This document shows, piece by piece, positions 20,172 to 30,527 of a stretch of DNA of 43,580 bases. Numbering within the stretch: position 1 is the stretch's first letter; every line of letters begins with the position of its first letter. Both the position numbers and the translations under genes were made by a program. Below the pieces are notes generated by a model that worked only from the letters and a program-made list of their open reading frames with translations, had not been told where the DNA came from and did not search any database. This DNA is from an uncultured Pseudomonadaceae bacterium (lineage in GTDB: Bacteria > Pseudomonadota > Gammaproteobacteria > Enterobacterales > Permianibacteraceae), in assembly GCA_964650615.1 (NCBI GenBank), contig CAZYUS010000003.1:1-43580 (forward strand), written 5' to 3'.

Positions 20172-21299
20172 ATGCTTATCGGTTTATTAGTGAGCGCCCT
20201 TATCATCGTCTACATTTTTGTCGGCTATCCTTTTTTATTGCGACAGTTGGCACGACGTATTGAATTAATTCCGATGGCGAATCAACACTGTCCTAGCATT
20301 ACGGCAGTGTTTGTCGTCCACAATGAACAAGCCGTTGTGGCGCAAAAAATCCAAAACATATTGAGCCAACATTATCCTGCCGAGAAATTGCAGGTCCTCG
20401 TGGTCGACGACGCCAGCAACGACAAAACGGCAGAAATAATTGCCTCATTCAACACGCCTCGATTGCGTTATTTGAAGATGGCACAACGCAGCGGTAAACC
20501 AGCCGGTCTTAATTTGGCGTTATCCGCTATTGATAGCGAACTGATTTTTTTTCTCGATGCGCGGCAACACATTGAAGACCACGCGACGCGTTATCTCAGC
20601 GAATGGTTCGCCGAACCGTCGATCGGTGCGGTCAGCGGTGAATTGATGCTTCGTCAACATCAAAACGGCTTTTCGCAAGGTATCGACGGCTATTGGCGTT
20701 ATGAAAAAGCCATACGCAAAGCCGAGGCGAAAATCGCCAGTGTTGCCGGCGCCACCGGTGCCATTTATATGTTACGTCGCACCTGCTTTCGCCCCATTCC
20801 AGACGACACCTTGCTCGATGATGTGTTGATCCCGATGCACTGTGCCGCGCAAGGGTATCGCGTGTTATTTGATGAACGTGCGATCGCGTGGGATGTTCCC
20901 TCGGCTGATCCTGCGCGTGAAAAACAACGAAAAATCCGCACCATTCGCGGCAACTACCAAGTGCTGATGCGAAACTGGCGGTGGTGCTTGCCATTCGGGC
21001 ATCCGATCTGGTGGCAATTCTTGAGCCATAAAATACTGCGGCTAACCGCGCCGTTTGTTGCGCTTGCCCACTTTGTTTTTGCGCTGGCGCTCGCGTTACA
21101 CGGTCAGTCGTGGGCGTTATGGTATTGCGCGTTGTTAATCGCCGTCGTTGCACTTTATCCACTGTCGCTGCGCTGGTCATTTCTTACGCGCGGTAAACCT
21201 CTGCGTCTGTTGTCGGCGTTTATCGCATTGAACTGGTATAACGTTCTTGGTTGTTATCATTATTTTTTTACTGAGCATTCGGTCGCATGGAAAAAATAG
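20172..21299 (+). CDS. Glycosyltransferase family 2
   Basis: VHNE, VVDDASND, GKPAGLN, FLDA, GATGAIY, LLDD; C-terminal TMs; start ATG 20172. Confidence 0.9.
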   Translation: MLIGLLVSALIIVYIFVGYPFLLRQLARRIELIPMANQHCPSITAVFVVHNEQAVVAQKIQNILSQHYPAEKLQVLVVDDASNDKTAEIIASFNTPRLRYLKMAQRSGKPAGLNLALSAIDSELIFFLDARQHIEDHATRYLSEWFAEPSIGAVSGELMLRQHQNGFSQGIDGYWRYEKAIRKAEAKIASVAGATGAIYMLRRTCFRPIPDDTLLDDVLIPMHCAAQGYRVLFDERAIAWDVPSADPAREKQRKIRTIRGNYQVLMRNWRWCLPFGHPIWWQFLSHKILRLTAPFVALAHFVFALALALHGQSWALWYCALLIAVVALYPLSLRWSFLTRGKPLRLLSAFIALNWYNVLGCYHYFFTEHSVAWKK

Positions 21300-22459
21300 C
21301 GTCATCGCAATCTTGCCGTTTATTAATTATCACCGACACCTATGTCGGGTTGCCGGGTGGCAGCGAACGGCATTTACTGAATTTTTTGAGTCATGTTGAC
21401 GAGCGATTCGACGTCACCGTTATTCAAATGATCCCCAGCGGTAATCCCATGCTCGGTGACGGCCCGTTGCCGGCAAACCCACGCGTGATATTGCACAGCC
21501 GACCATTACAACGACTTTACAGCTGGACGTTCGTACGCTTGATTGCCGAGTTGTATCGCGTGATACGGCGCGAGAAAATCGACATTGTCGTGTCCTATCA
21601 TGAAAAAGCCGACGCGCTGAATTTTGTCCTCACGCGCTTACCCGGCATCGCGGTGGCCACCGTTAGCAGCAAACGTGATCTGGGGTTTAAGCTGTCACCA
21701 AATTTGAAACGTTTAATGCGTTTGGTCACACATCGTTTTGATCGCGTTACCGCGCCCTCGACCAGCATTCGCGATTTAATGGTCAACGAATATGGCGTGC
21801 GCCACGAAAAGGCTATCGTGATCCCGAACGGTGTCGATTTGGATCACTATCGCCCGGTCGATAACGCCACCAAACTCGCGCACCGGCAACAACTCGGTTT
21901 ACCCGAATCATTACGTTTGATCGGTATCGTCGGTTCGTTAAGCGCGGTAAAGGGCCATACCGAATTACTCAGTGCTTTTGCTCGTTTACACAACAAGACG
22001 CCATCGACATGGGGATTGGTGATCATCGGCGACGGAGAATTAAGCGAATCGTTGAAAGCGCAAGCGCTGCAATTACGCATCGCCCAATGCGTTTATTTCG
22101 TCGGCCAACAAAAAAATATTCCGCTTTGGTTAAGCACGTTGGACGTCGTCGTTTCAGCATCGCACAGCGAAGGACTGTCTAACGCGTTGATTGAAGCCGC
22201 CGCTAGCGGTTTACCTATCGTTGCTACACGTGTCGGCGGTAATCCCGAAATTGTCAGCCATGATATCAATGGCTTGTTGGTCGACAGTGAAAATGTCGAT
22301 TCGCTTTACGCGGCGTTACAACGGCTGCACGACGAACCCGATTTAATTCCCCGCTACGGACAACAGGCGCGACGCAAAGCAGTAAACGAATTCAGCATCA
22401 ATAGCATGGTGACGCGATTGCAAGATCTGTATTGTCAATTAAGGTCACGACGCGGATGA
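21287..22459 (+). CDS. Glycosyltransferase family 4
   Basis: GGSE, IPNGVD, KGH, SEGLSNALIEA (EX7E), VGGNPE. Confidence 0.92.
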   Translation: MEKIASSQSCRLLIITDTYVGLPGGSERHLLNFLSHVDERFDVTVIQMIPSGNPMLGDGPLPANPRVILHSRPLQRLYSWTFVRLIAELYRVIRREKIDIVVSYHEKADALNFVLTRLPGIAVATVSSKRDLGFKLSPNLKRLMRLVTHRFDRVTAPSTSIRDLMVNEYGVRHEKAIVIPNGVDLDHYRPVDNATKLAHRQQLGLPESLRLIGIVGSLSAVKGHTELLSAFARLHNKTPSTWGLVIIGDGELSESLKAQALQLRIAQCVYFVGQQKNIPLWLSTLDVVVSASHSEGLSNALIEAAASGLPIVATRVGGNPEIVSHDINGLLVDSENVDSLYAALQRLHDEPDLIPRYGQQARRKAVNEFSINSMVTRLQDLYCQLRSRRG

Positions 22460-23592
22460 CGGCAAACGTTTTACATATTCGTTCAACCATTGGTTGTTAC
22501 GGTGCCGAACAGGTCTTGCTGAATGTGCTGCCGGTTTTGCAAACGCACGTCAACGTGCATTTGCTGACACTGGAAAGCGCTCACGAACAAAGCGGATTAT
22601 TAGCCCAGCGCGCAGCAGAGTCTCATCTTTCTGTGTTGCGCCTGCGTCCTCGCGGACGATTCGACTGGCACAGCGTAAAACAGATCCGACGCTATTTGAT
22701 CGAACATCAGATCACGCACGTTCACAGTCACGATTACAAATCGTTGATACACGCGTATGTCGCCAGCATCGGTTTGTCCATTACGCGCCTCCACCAACTG
22801 CATGGTGCATTGGGAAACACGCGCGCAGAGCGTTGCTATGCACGCATCGAATCCCTTTTTATGCGTGCGATGAATCGCATTATTGTGGTCAGTGCGAAAC
22901 AGAAAGCCTCGTTGCAAAATCGTCGCTGGCCATTTCCAGCGGTTGATTTGGTGTTGAACGGCACTCGTCTACCGTCACTGGAAAATATCGAACCTCGCTC
23001 GCCCCACAACTTTTCGATATTAATGGTGGCCCGCCTAAGCGCCGAAAAAAATCACGCCTTAGCATTTCAAGCGATACAACAATTAGCCTCACACGTTTCG
23101 CTTGAATTGCATATCGTCGGCGATGGTCCATTGGCACCTTCTTTACACGCATTAGCACAACAACTGGGCATCGCGGAGCGCGTTTTTTTCCATGGATTTC
23201 AGACTTCAACCGAACCGTTTTATCGCCACGCCGATGTAACGCTGATTTCATCTTGCACGGAAGGTCTGCCCATGACCTTGTTAGAGAGTTTGAGTTACGC
23301 GGTGCCAGTGGTCAGCACGGGCGTCGGCCAAATTCCACAACTCTTGCAGCCGACACAATGCGGCATTATTGTCGATGCCACGGTTGCTTCGATGGCTGCT
23401 GCACTGCAGCAATTATTTCACGATCATGAACGCCGGATCGCCATGGGTGCGCGCGGTCGGCAACTCATCGAAGCGCAGCATTCAGTACAACAACAAGCCG
23501 AACATTTTAATGCGATTTATCAGGCATCGTCGGCCACCACTTCCGATGCCACGCGCGATGACCACACGCGAAAAGCGGGGGTGCGGCAATGA
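22456..23592 (+). CDS. Glycosyltransferase family 4
   Basis: YGAE, HSHDYK, ARLSAEKNH, EGLPMTLLE; ATGA overlap with the previous stop. Confidence 0.92.
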   Translation: MTANVLHIRSTIGCYGAEQVLLNVLPVLQTHVNVHLLTLESAHEQSGLLAQRAAESHLSVLRLRPRGRFDWHSVKQIRRYLIEHQITHVHSHDYKSLIHAYVASIGLSITRLHQLHGALGNTRAERCYARIESLFMRAMNRIIVVSAKQKASLQNRRWPFPAVDLVLNGTRLPSLENIEPRSPHNFSILMVARLSAEKNHALAFQAIQQLASHVSLELHIVGDGPLAPSLHALAQQLGIAERVFFHGFQTSTEPFYRHADVTLISSCTEGLPMTLLESLSYAVPVVSTGVGQIPQLLQPTQCGIIVDATVASMAAALQQLFHDHERRIAMGARGRQLIEAQHSVQQQAEHFNAIYQASSATTSDATRDDHTRKAGVRQ

Positions 23593-24575
23593 TGCTTCTT
23601 AAGCACTGGCTGAAATACACGCTTGCCTTGTGTTTGCATTACTCCGGATTTAATGGCTGGCGATTACGTCGTTCTAAAGCGCATTATGCGTTGATGTTTC
23701 ATCGCCTGTCCGACGATTACGATCAGCTTTCCATGTCATTACCACCTGAATTCGCGCGCGCTATTGTGCGCTGGACTACGGCTTATGGCAGCATCATTCC
23801 CGTAAATGAACGTCCCCATGGTTCATTGGCGTTTTCGTTTAGTTTTGACGATGGTTATGTCGATAATTTATTGATCCCGGCGCTTTTTGATCGTCATCCC
23901 GTTACCGTTTTTTTGGCCACCGCGTTTATTGATTCCGATCGCGCATTTTGGGCCGTCGATCTGCAAAATCGTTTAATGCGTTCTACCGGCGATGTCCTGG
24001 ATTTACGTTCGTTTAATCTGCCACATTATTCGCTCCATGATCCTGAGCAACGTCAAGAGGCGTTGTATGAACTCAATATCATCGTTAAATCGTTACGACC
24101 AGATCGGATCGAGGCTGTCATGCACGCAGTTGCGCAGCAACTTCCGCTCGCGGACCACAACGAGAGTAAACAGTTTTTATCGTGGCCTAATGTCATTGAG
24201 CTTCATCGCCATGGCGTCAGTTTTGGCAGTCACACGCATAATCACATCATTACATCACGCGTGAATGATGAAGAATTTATTCATGAGATGCAGTTATGCC
24301 AACAACTGTTTGAACACCATTTGGGCTACTCGCCAATTACGTTTGCGTACCCCAATGGCCGCGCCGAAGACATTTCGCCTAATAGTGAAATAATCTTGAA
24401 AAAGCTGCATTATGTCGCGGCAGCGACAACGATCGAAGGCCCCAATTACTCGAACGACAATTCGCTTCGCATCAAACGCTACAACATGGCCAAAAATCGT
24501 TTAATGACACCGTGGGGGTCTCCTTCGGTCGCCATGTTTACGACCGTTCTGGTCAACCCGCTTAATCGCCATTAG
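23589..24575 (+). CDS. Polysaccharide deacetylase (CE4) with helical insertion
   Basis: LMFHR, SFDDGYVDN, GSHTHNH, FAYPNG. Confidence 0.88.
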   Translation: MMLLKHWLKYTLALCLHYSGFNGWRLRRSKAHYALMFHRLSDDYDQLSMSLPPEFARAIVRWTTAYGSIIPVNERPHGSLAFSFSFDDGYVDNLLIPALFDRHPVTVFLATAFIDSDRAFWAVDLQNRLMRSTGDVLDLRSFNLPHYSLHDPEQRQEALYELNIIVKSLRPDRIEAVMHAVAQQLPLADHNESKQFLSWPNVIELHRHGVSFGSHTHNHIITSRVNDEEFIHEMQLCQQLFEHHLGYSPITFAYPNGRAEDISPNSEIILKKLHYVAAATTIEGPNYSNDNSLRIKRYNMAKNRLMTPWGSPSVAMFTTVLVNPLNRH

Positions 24576-24587
24576 CCATCAGGTGTT

Positions 24588-25799
24588 GTGTTGAAACCAT
24601 CCTTACTCTTTGTCTCGGCGCGTTTACCTTTTCCTTGTACGGAAGGGCATCAATTACGCAGCTTCGGTGTGTTGTCGCAATTAGCGCAGCAATTTGATGT
24701 GCATTTATTGAGTCTATTGCGTCCCGGTGAAACCATCGATCATCACAACGCCTTGGGCCAGGTCTGCCGCTCGATTACTGGCGTCGCCATTCCACATTCG
24801 TTGCTAGGCAATGCGAGCGCTGCGCTGCGCGGTTTCGTACTACGGCAACCCTTAGTGGTGGCCAAATACGTCACGCCATCGTTGCGACGCGCGTTTGTCG
24901 CCGTACAACAACAACACAAACCGCAATTAATCCATTTCGATTTATTGCCGTTAGCAGAACTGTCCAACGATATCATCGGCGCTACACCGTGGGGGTTGAA
25001 TGAACATAATGTCGAGTCTGACTTAATCGAACAAAAAATCGCTACGGTGAACGGTCTTGCGCAGCAATTTATTTATCGTCGTGAATGGCGTTACTTGCAG
25101 CGTTTTGAACAGGCGATGGTACAAAAAGCCGATCTCGTGTTGGCCTGCTCCGACGATGACGGCAAACGATTGCAGCAATGGGGAGCGCGTAACATCAGCA
25201 CCATTCCTAACGGTGTCGATGCGCAACGATTGCAACCCAATAACACTAACATCGACCAATCGCGCGTGGTGTTTTTGGGCGGCATGAATTGGTATCCGAA
25301 TCGCCTTGGGATGCAATGGTTTGTACATGAAGTGCTGCCCTTACTCGTGCAACGCCATCCGGATGTTTGCGTCGATCTCATTGGTAATCCTGAACCCGCG
25401 ATTGATATTCCGCCGGCGCTCACAAAGCACGTTAATCGCTTAGGCTTTGTTCCCGATTTTGTTCCCTATGTGCAAAAAGCAGCCGCCATGATTGTGCCGT
25501 TGCACGTTGGCAGCGGCACGCGTTTAAAGGTGGTGGAAGGTTTGGCGCTCGGAAAATGCATGGTCAGCACACGCAAAGGTGCCGAAGGCGTCGGACTGAC
25601 TCACGAGCGTAATATTTTATTTGCCGATAATGCCGACGACTTTGCCAATACCGTATCGCGCGTTTTGCGCGATCCGGCCTTGCGACAATCCATCGAGCAA
25701 CAAGCACGCCGTTGCGCCGATGAAGTGTACGACTGGCACATTATCGGTAAACGGTTACGCCAGAATTACGCCGCGTTAGGTAACAACTCGTTGGTTTGA
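24588..25799 (+). CDS. Glycosyltransferase family 4 (PEP-CTERM-associated sugar transferase-like)
   Basis: RLPFP..GHQLR, HNVES, IPNGVD, GGMNWYPN, GSGTRLKVVE, GAEG. Confidence 0.9.
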   Translation: MLKPSLLFVSARLPFPCTEGHQLRSFGVLSQLAQQFDVHLLSLLRPGETIDHHNALGQVCRSITGVAIPHSLLGNASAALRGFVLRQPLVVAKYVTPSLRRAFVAVQQQHKPQLIHFDLLPLAELSNDIIGATPWGLNEHNVESDLIEQKIATVNGLAQQFIYRREWRYLQRFEQAMVQKADLVLACSDDDGKRLQQWGARNISTIPNGVDAQRLQPNNTNIDQSRVVFLGGMNWYPNRLGMQWFVHEVLPLLVQRHPDVCVDLIGNPEPAIDIPPALTKHVNRLGFVPDFVPYVQKAAAMIVPLHVGSGTRLKVVEGLALGKCMVSTRKGAEGVGLTHERNILFADNADDFANTVSRVLRDPALRQSIEQQARRCADEVYDWHIIGKRLRQNYAALGNNSLV

Positions 25800-25877
25800 A
25801 TAACGAATTATCAACATTGTTCTTTGGTGTGATGCGCGGGCGAATTCAAACTAGACTCGCTCCGAAAATCACGACCG

Positions 25878-27221
25878 TCAATGATTCAAACGCTCACTTT
25901 CCGCGCTGGCTGCAAGCGTTTCGTTATCACTATTTTCCGCTATTACGTTTTGCGTGGCCTCAGTTGCCGCGTGTTGGCTTAACACCCAAGCACGATCGAC
26001 CATACCGAACAACATAAACAAATAACTGCCAACCGATAATTGCGAAAATCGATCGCCGAAAATATTAGTGATCGATACCGCGCCGATGCACGCCACAAAG
26101 CCCAATCCCAAACCCTGATAAAACGGCGTGCTGCCTTGTTTGTATAAGCGCCATCCCGCCCACGCCGCACCGATAAGAAACGAGATTAGAATCATCACGC
26201 CGACAACCCCTTGCTCGGCCGCCGTTTGTAAAAAATAATTGTGCGGATTGCGCAGCGACAGACCATCGCTGACAAAGTAAAAACCTTGATAACCGACACC
26301 GATAATCGGATTTTCGGCGAATACTTTTTTAGCTAACTCCCACACTACAAAACGCAGCGCCGCCGATTCTTCGACCACACCGGAAGGGCTTTCGGTCATT
26401 TGCACGCGATCAACAACCGAGGATGGCAGGATCATGGTCCAGGTCATCATGAAAATGATCAAGATCGGGATCAGAATGCGATAACGCACCATTGCGATTA
26501 TCACCACGGCGAACAACACGGCGACATAAGCGCCACGAGAGTACGAGTAGAATAAGGGATAGAGCGAAAATAAAAACGTCGCGAGATACAGTCGGCGTCG
26601 CCACTTGTCTTTATCCAGTGCCAACAACCCGACCGCCACCACCGAAAAATGCGCAATAAAGGCCGCGAAATGATTGGCCCCTAATCCAACCCAAAAAAAC
26701 GGTCCTACCGAACGCTTATCGTAAGAAAAAGACGAACCGGCCGCAAAATTCACCATTTCACGCCATGACATCAATAACAAAACAACAAAAAATAGCGTCA
26801 CCATACGACGAATATCTTGTTCCGTGCGAATAACAATAAAACTGATGAAATATAACAACAGCATCAGGGTGTAATTCTTCCACTGATTAAACATCGGATT
26901 ACTGCCACTGACAGGTAACGATAAATTGAACCGGAACGACATTAACCAAAACGATAGATACGCACTAATGATCATGGTCCAGATGAGGCCACTGCTGGGC
27001 GCGCGCCAATCATTTAGCGGCCGTTGTTTTACGCCCCCCACATACGCGCTCACCGCGAGTAAGGTCAGCGTTAATGATCCCAACGGCAGCACTTGCGACG
27101 GATACCAGAATTGTGGAAATGCAATGAAAACCGCAAACAAAAACAACGCCGCTGGCGCACGTTTGAACAAGCCATACGCCACCACTATCCACAAAATGAT
27201 ATAGACCACATAGGCCTTCAT
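25878..27221 (-). CDS. O-antigen ligase-family protein, probable Wzy polymerase
   Basis: Multi-TM; SYSRGA, SAALR..W, NPIIGVG, PHNYFLQTAAEQG. Confidence 0.85.
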   Translation of the reverse strand: MKAYVVYIILWIVVAYGLFKRAPAALFLFAVFIAFPQFWYPSQVLPLGSLTLTLLAVSAYVGGVKQRPLNDWRAPSSGLIWTMIISAYLSFWLMSFRFNLSLPVSGSNPMFNQWKNYTLMLLLYFISFIVIRTEQDIRRMVTLFFVVLLLMSWREMVNFAAGSSFSYDKRSVGPFFWVGLGANHFAAFIAHFSVVAVGLLALDKDKWRRRLYLATFLFSLYPLFYSYSRGAYVAVLFAVVIIAMVRYRILIPILIIFMMTWTMILPSSVVDRVQMTESPSGVVEESAALRFVVWELAKKVFAENPIIGVGYQGFYFVSDGLSLRNPHNYFLQTAAEQGVVGVMILISFLIGAAWAGWRLYKQGSTPFYQGLGLGFVACIGAVSITNIFGDRFSQLSVGSYLFMLFGMVDRAWVLSQHAATEATQNVIAENSDNETLAASAESERLNH

Positions 27222-27267
27222 CTAAAGCTCCTGATCGCGCATCGCCAACATCATTGGCAATGGCGAC

Positions 27268-28734
27268 TTAATCGCGTGTTCCGCGCGAACGTCGGCTTAA
27301 AAATGACGATAACCAACGCCGCACATCCGGCTCGCCCACTAACACACACACCACAAAAATCAATACGCCTGCCAGTAAACGTGATAGCACAAGCCACCAA
27401 GGATTGCTCACGTGAATGTGCATCAGCGCCGCTACCATGACACCAGCGTACAGACCGGCTCGCAACGCCAGCGCGCGATTGAACGGAATGCACAATGTTT
27501 GTTGGCTTTCGCGCGCGTAACGCCACGCGATCCAGCTATAGCTCACTACGGTGATAATGGCCGCCGCTAAAATACCGGCGCGCGGAATGAAGATCATATT
27601 CAAGGCAAAATTGACCGCCAAACCTTCGACCACGAAACGAAACATTTTTAACGCGTCTTTTTTAATTTGCATGCCGGCGGCAAACAACCCCATCGCGGAG
27701 AATAACATCGTTCCTACGGCGATCAGTGGTAGCAAATAATAATACGCCGCATAAGTGGGGGTGGTTAATACCGTCAGCAAAGGTTCACCAACCGCGTATA
27801 AACCAGCAACGATGGCTGGGGCTGTTAATAATAAAAGATCATTGGCGCGGCGCAACAACGCTTCGGTGGCGTCACGGCCTTGTTGCTGCCAGACACGCAA
27901 ATACATCGGTACTAACGCGGTGACCACGCCACCAACCAACACCGCACCGATAATCGTCGCCAAATTATAAACAACGGAATAGATGCCTAACTCTCGTTCG
28001 GGAACGACGACCATTAAAATATAACGGTCAATATAGTTGTGCAAAGCGTGCGCCATTTCGTAGCCATACATCGGGACGCCGAACAACAACAACGGTTTGG
28101 CTTTTTCCCAGCGCAACTGACGAATCGAAAAACCGGAAAATATTTTTTTACGCCAACACACGAGCAACACCACAAAGGCGGCACACACATCTGCCATAAA
28201 TTGCGCGATCACAACGCCTAACGATGACGTTAAAATAAATAACACCGTGCATACGGTGGCCGTGATGGCAAGGAAACGCACAACAATATTCAACGTCGCA
28301 ACGATGCCACTGTATTGACGGGCAATGAGAAAATTAAGAAGCACCGAATAGATCGCGCCAACAAAAGCTGAGGCAATGACAAAAAAAAGCGCCGGAAAGC
28401 TGAATAAAACCGTAGCAACTTCGCCACGTAAGAATGATGCGGCAACAAAAAACAGTGCGGTAGTGACGGTCGAATACATCACCACCAGACACAAAATATT
28501 CGACACCAGATCGGCGGGTGATAATTCACTATGAAAGCGTATGGTACTGTGTTGCAAACCCAATTTATTTAACGACACGATCAGACTGGTGGTGATCGTA
28601 AACATCGACATAGCCGCGTATTCTTCAACGGCCAATCGCTGGGTAAAAATCGGAAACGAGATCAAACCGGCCAAGGCGATAATGAGATTGGCTAATCCAT
28701 AAAGACTGCCATGACGAAGCAACTTATTAAGCAA
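27268..28734 (-). CDS. Wzx-type oligosaccharide flippase
   Basis: About 12-14 TMs; LISFPIFT..L..EEY, LLLFGVP, YIDRYIL, LGIYS; TTG start. Confidence 0.88.
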   Translation of the reverse strand: MLNKLLRHGSLYGLANLIIALAGLISFPIFTQRLAVEEYAAMSMFTITTSLIVSLNKLGLQHSTIRFHSELSPADLVSNILCLVVMYSTVTTALFFVAASFLRGEVATVLFSFPALFFVIASAFVGAIYSVLLNFLIARQYSGIVATLNIVVRFLAITATVCTVLFILTSSLGVVIAQFMADVCAAFVVLLVCWRKKIFSGFSIRQLRWEKAKPLLLFGVPMYGYEMAHALHNYIDRYILMVVVPERELGIYSVVYNLATIIGAVLVGGVVTALVPMYLRVWQQQGRDATEALLRRANDLLLLTAPAIVAGLYAVGEPLLTVLTTPTYAAYYYLLPLIAVGTMLFSAMGLFAAGMQIKKDALKMFRFVVEGLAVNFALNMIFIPRAGILAAAIITVVSYSWIAWRYARESQQTLCIPFNRALALRAGLYAGVMVAALMHIHVSNPWWLVLSRLLAGVLIFVVCVLVGEPDVRRWLSSFLSRRSRGTRD

Positions 28735-28805
28735 AAAACACCCCGAATAGCGTTAATCGAAAGCAGCTAGCGCCGCGCGCGATTGAATCATAACGGCTCG
28801 CACCA

Positions 28806-30221
28806 TCAGCGCAACGTCGGCCACCATTGATCCGGTAATTCGTAAACGAATACTTCACGATGACCAAGTTTGCCAAACCAATTACTGGCAAGATAAACCC
28901 GATTACCAAATAAATTGATGGCCGCTGGTGCTTCATCACGATAATCCCCTGCATAACGATTATTGCTCGCTCCCAGACGCCAGATCGACGGTCGCACGGC
29001 GAGGCTATCGAGTTTCACCATCACCAGTTGATCGGCCCCCCAATCACGGTGATGATTTTTATCGTTTTCGTGTGAATAGGTACTGACCAGCGCCCAGCCC
29101 GGTGTTGCGGGCGGCATTTTGCCGAAGTGAAATCCGTTGGACCAACCAAAGTCAGCGTGGCGTGCAAATTCGCGTTTGTTGGCGATGCCCTTGCGCGAAC
29201 CGCTTAAGGCCACTGCATCAAACCAATCGGTGCGACTGTTTTGACTGACAAAATACTCGACCCCGGCGTTATCAAAAACCCAACCTGAATGTGTTTCATC
29301 GTCGGCAATTTTTATCGGCGTACTTTTCTTGACGTTAAAATCCAGTGGCCATAAATGCGGGCCATCGAACCACGTGCCGACATCGCGTGGCCGTTCGTGG
29401 TAACGCTCTTCGGGATAACTACGCCCATAATGCAACACCACTCCGGTAGCAAGCGGTGACACTTCGACCATATTCGGACGCTCGAAATAATGTTCGTTGC
29501 GATAATGCGCCAGCGGCGTATCGGCGAGATCGGCGGGGCGCAACACGTGCGTTTGTCCGCTCGACACGTGGTAATGAACAAAGCCTTCAACGCGATATTG
29601 GCCACGATCATAATATGACGCCATAAACGCCCAATGATCACTGTCATTCGAACTATCACCTTCGACATCGTTATAAACACGATCGGCGCGTTTAAACAAT
29701 GGTTGAAAATCTTTGATGAGGGTTGCATCGCTGTTGCGACTGACATCATCAATCATGAAAAAGGCCAAACCGACGCGAAAATAAACGCGATGCGGGTGTT
29801 TGCCGGAGTAATCCCACCGCACTTCGTGTTCTTCGCCGATGCGTTGATCACGCGCATCGCGCAATTCTCGCAGCACTTTCCCACTGTTGCGATCGAGCAC
29901 CCAACTCGAATGTGAATCGGAGCCAAAGATCAACACGTATTGGCCGCTGCTGTTTTCGGGTGAATAACGCGAATACACAATTAGCGCATCGCTAGTGCGC
30001 GATAAATCCGATACATCGCTCAAGCGCGTAATGCGCACATTGGTATCTGGATCGACTCGCGTTTCGCCACGCTTGGGCGGTGGCGAGTCTTTTAACGATT
30101 GCAAAATATCGCGACTTTGGTGATAAACGAAGGGGCGCTCGCTTTGGTCGCCGTATACGACATTATTGGTGATAAAAAAGATAAGTGCGATAACGGTAAA
30201 AAAAGTGTTCGCCGGCTTCAT
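28806..30221 (-). CDS. Uncharacterised exported protein, probable beta-propeller; paralogue of the C-terminal domain of 30528-32720
   Basis: ATG 30221 behind AGGAG; Sec-like signal MKPANTFFTVIALIFF; long identical motif blocks shared with the divergent neighbour. Confidence 0.8.
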   Translation of the reverse strand: MKPANTFFTVIALIFFITNNVVYGDQSERPFVYHQSRDILQSLKDSPPPKRGETRVDPDTNVRITRLSDVSDLSRTSDALIVYSRYSPENSSGQYVLIFGSDSHSSWVLDRNSGKVLRELRDARDQRIGEEHEVRWDYSGKHPHRVYFRVGLAFFMIDDVSRNSDATLIKDFQPLFKRADRVYNDVEGDSSNDSDHWAFMASYYDRGQYRVEGFVHYHVSSGQTHVLRPADLADTPLAHYRNEHYFERPNMVEVSPLATGVVLHYGRSYPEERYHERPRDVGTWFDGPHLWPLDFNVKKSTPIKIADDETHSGWVFDNAGVEYFVSQNSRTDWFDAVALSGSRKGIANKREFARHADFGWSNGFHFGKMPPATPGWALVSTYSHENDKNHHRDWGADQLVMVKLDSLAVRPSIWRLGASNNRYAGDYRDEAPAAINLFGNRVYLASNWFGKLGHREVFVYELPDQWWPTLR

Positions 30222-30527
30222 GCCCTGCTCCTGTTGAGCCATCCTAAAGTACCTCTGGCGCAAACCCATTGCAGGCCTGCCGATGTAGCGTCGGCAGCAT
30301 ATACGCTGACTTTCAACGCGCCAAGGCGAATCTCCCTCATAACGGTGAGAAGCGATAGCGCTTAAGGTTATTTCGATAGTAGCGATAGCAACGATTCCTC
30401 TATTTGTGCTGCAATGCACAACGCGTGTTCTACAATTCACCCACACTTGAGTCGGTGAATTTTCGGCAGTTACGCCTGATGTTGCTCACGGGCGCACGAT
30501 CGCCTGTTGTTGAAAAGGGAAAATGCG

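Noticed and set aside
30255-30300. Possible c-di-GMP (GEMM) riboswitch
   Set aside because: GCAAAC plus a hairpin are present, but the GNRA tetraloop/receptor two-stem architecture is not
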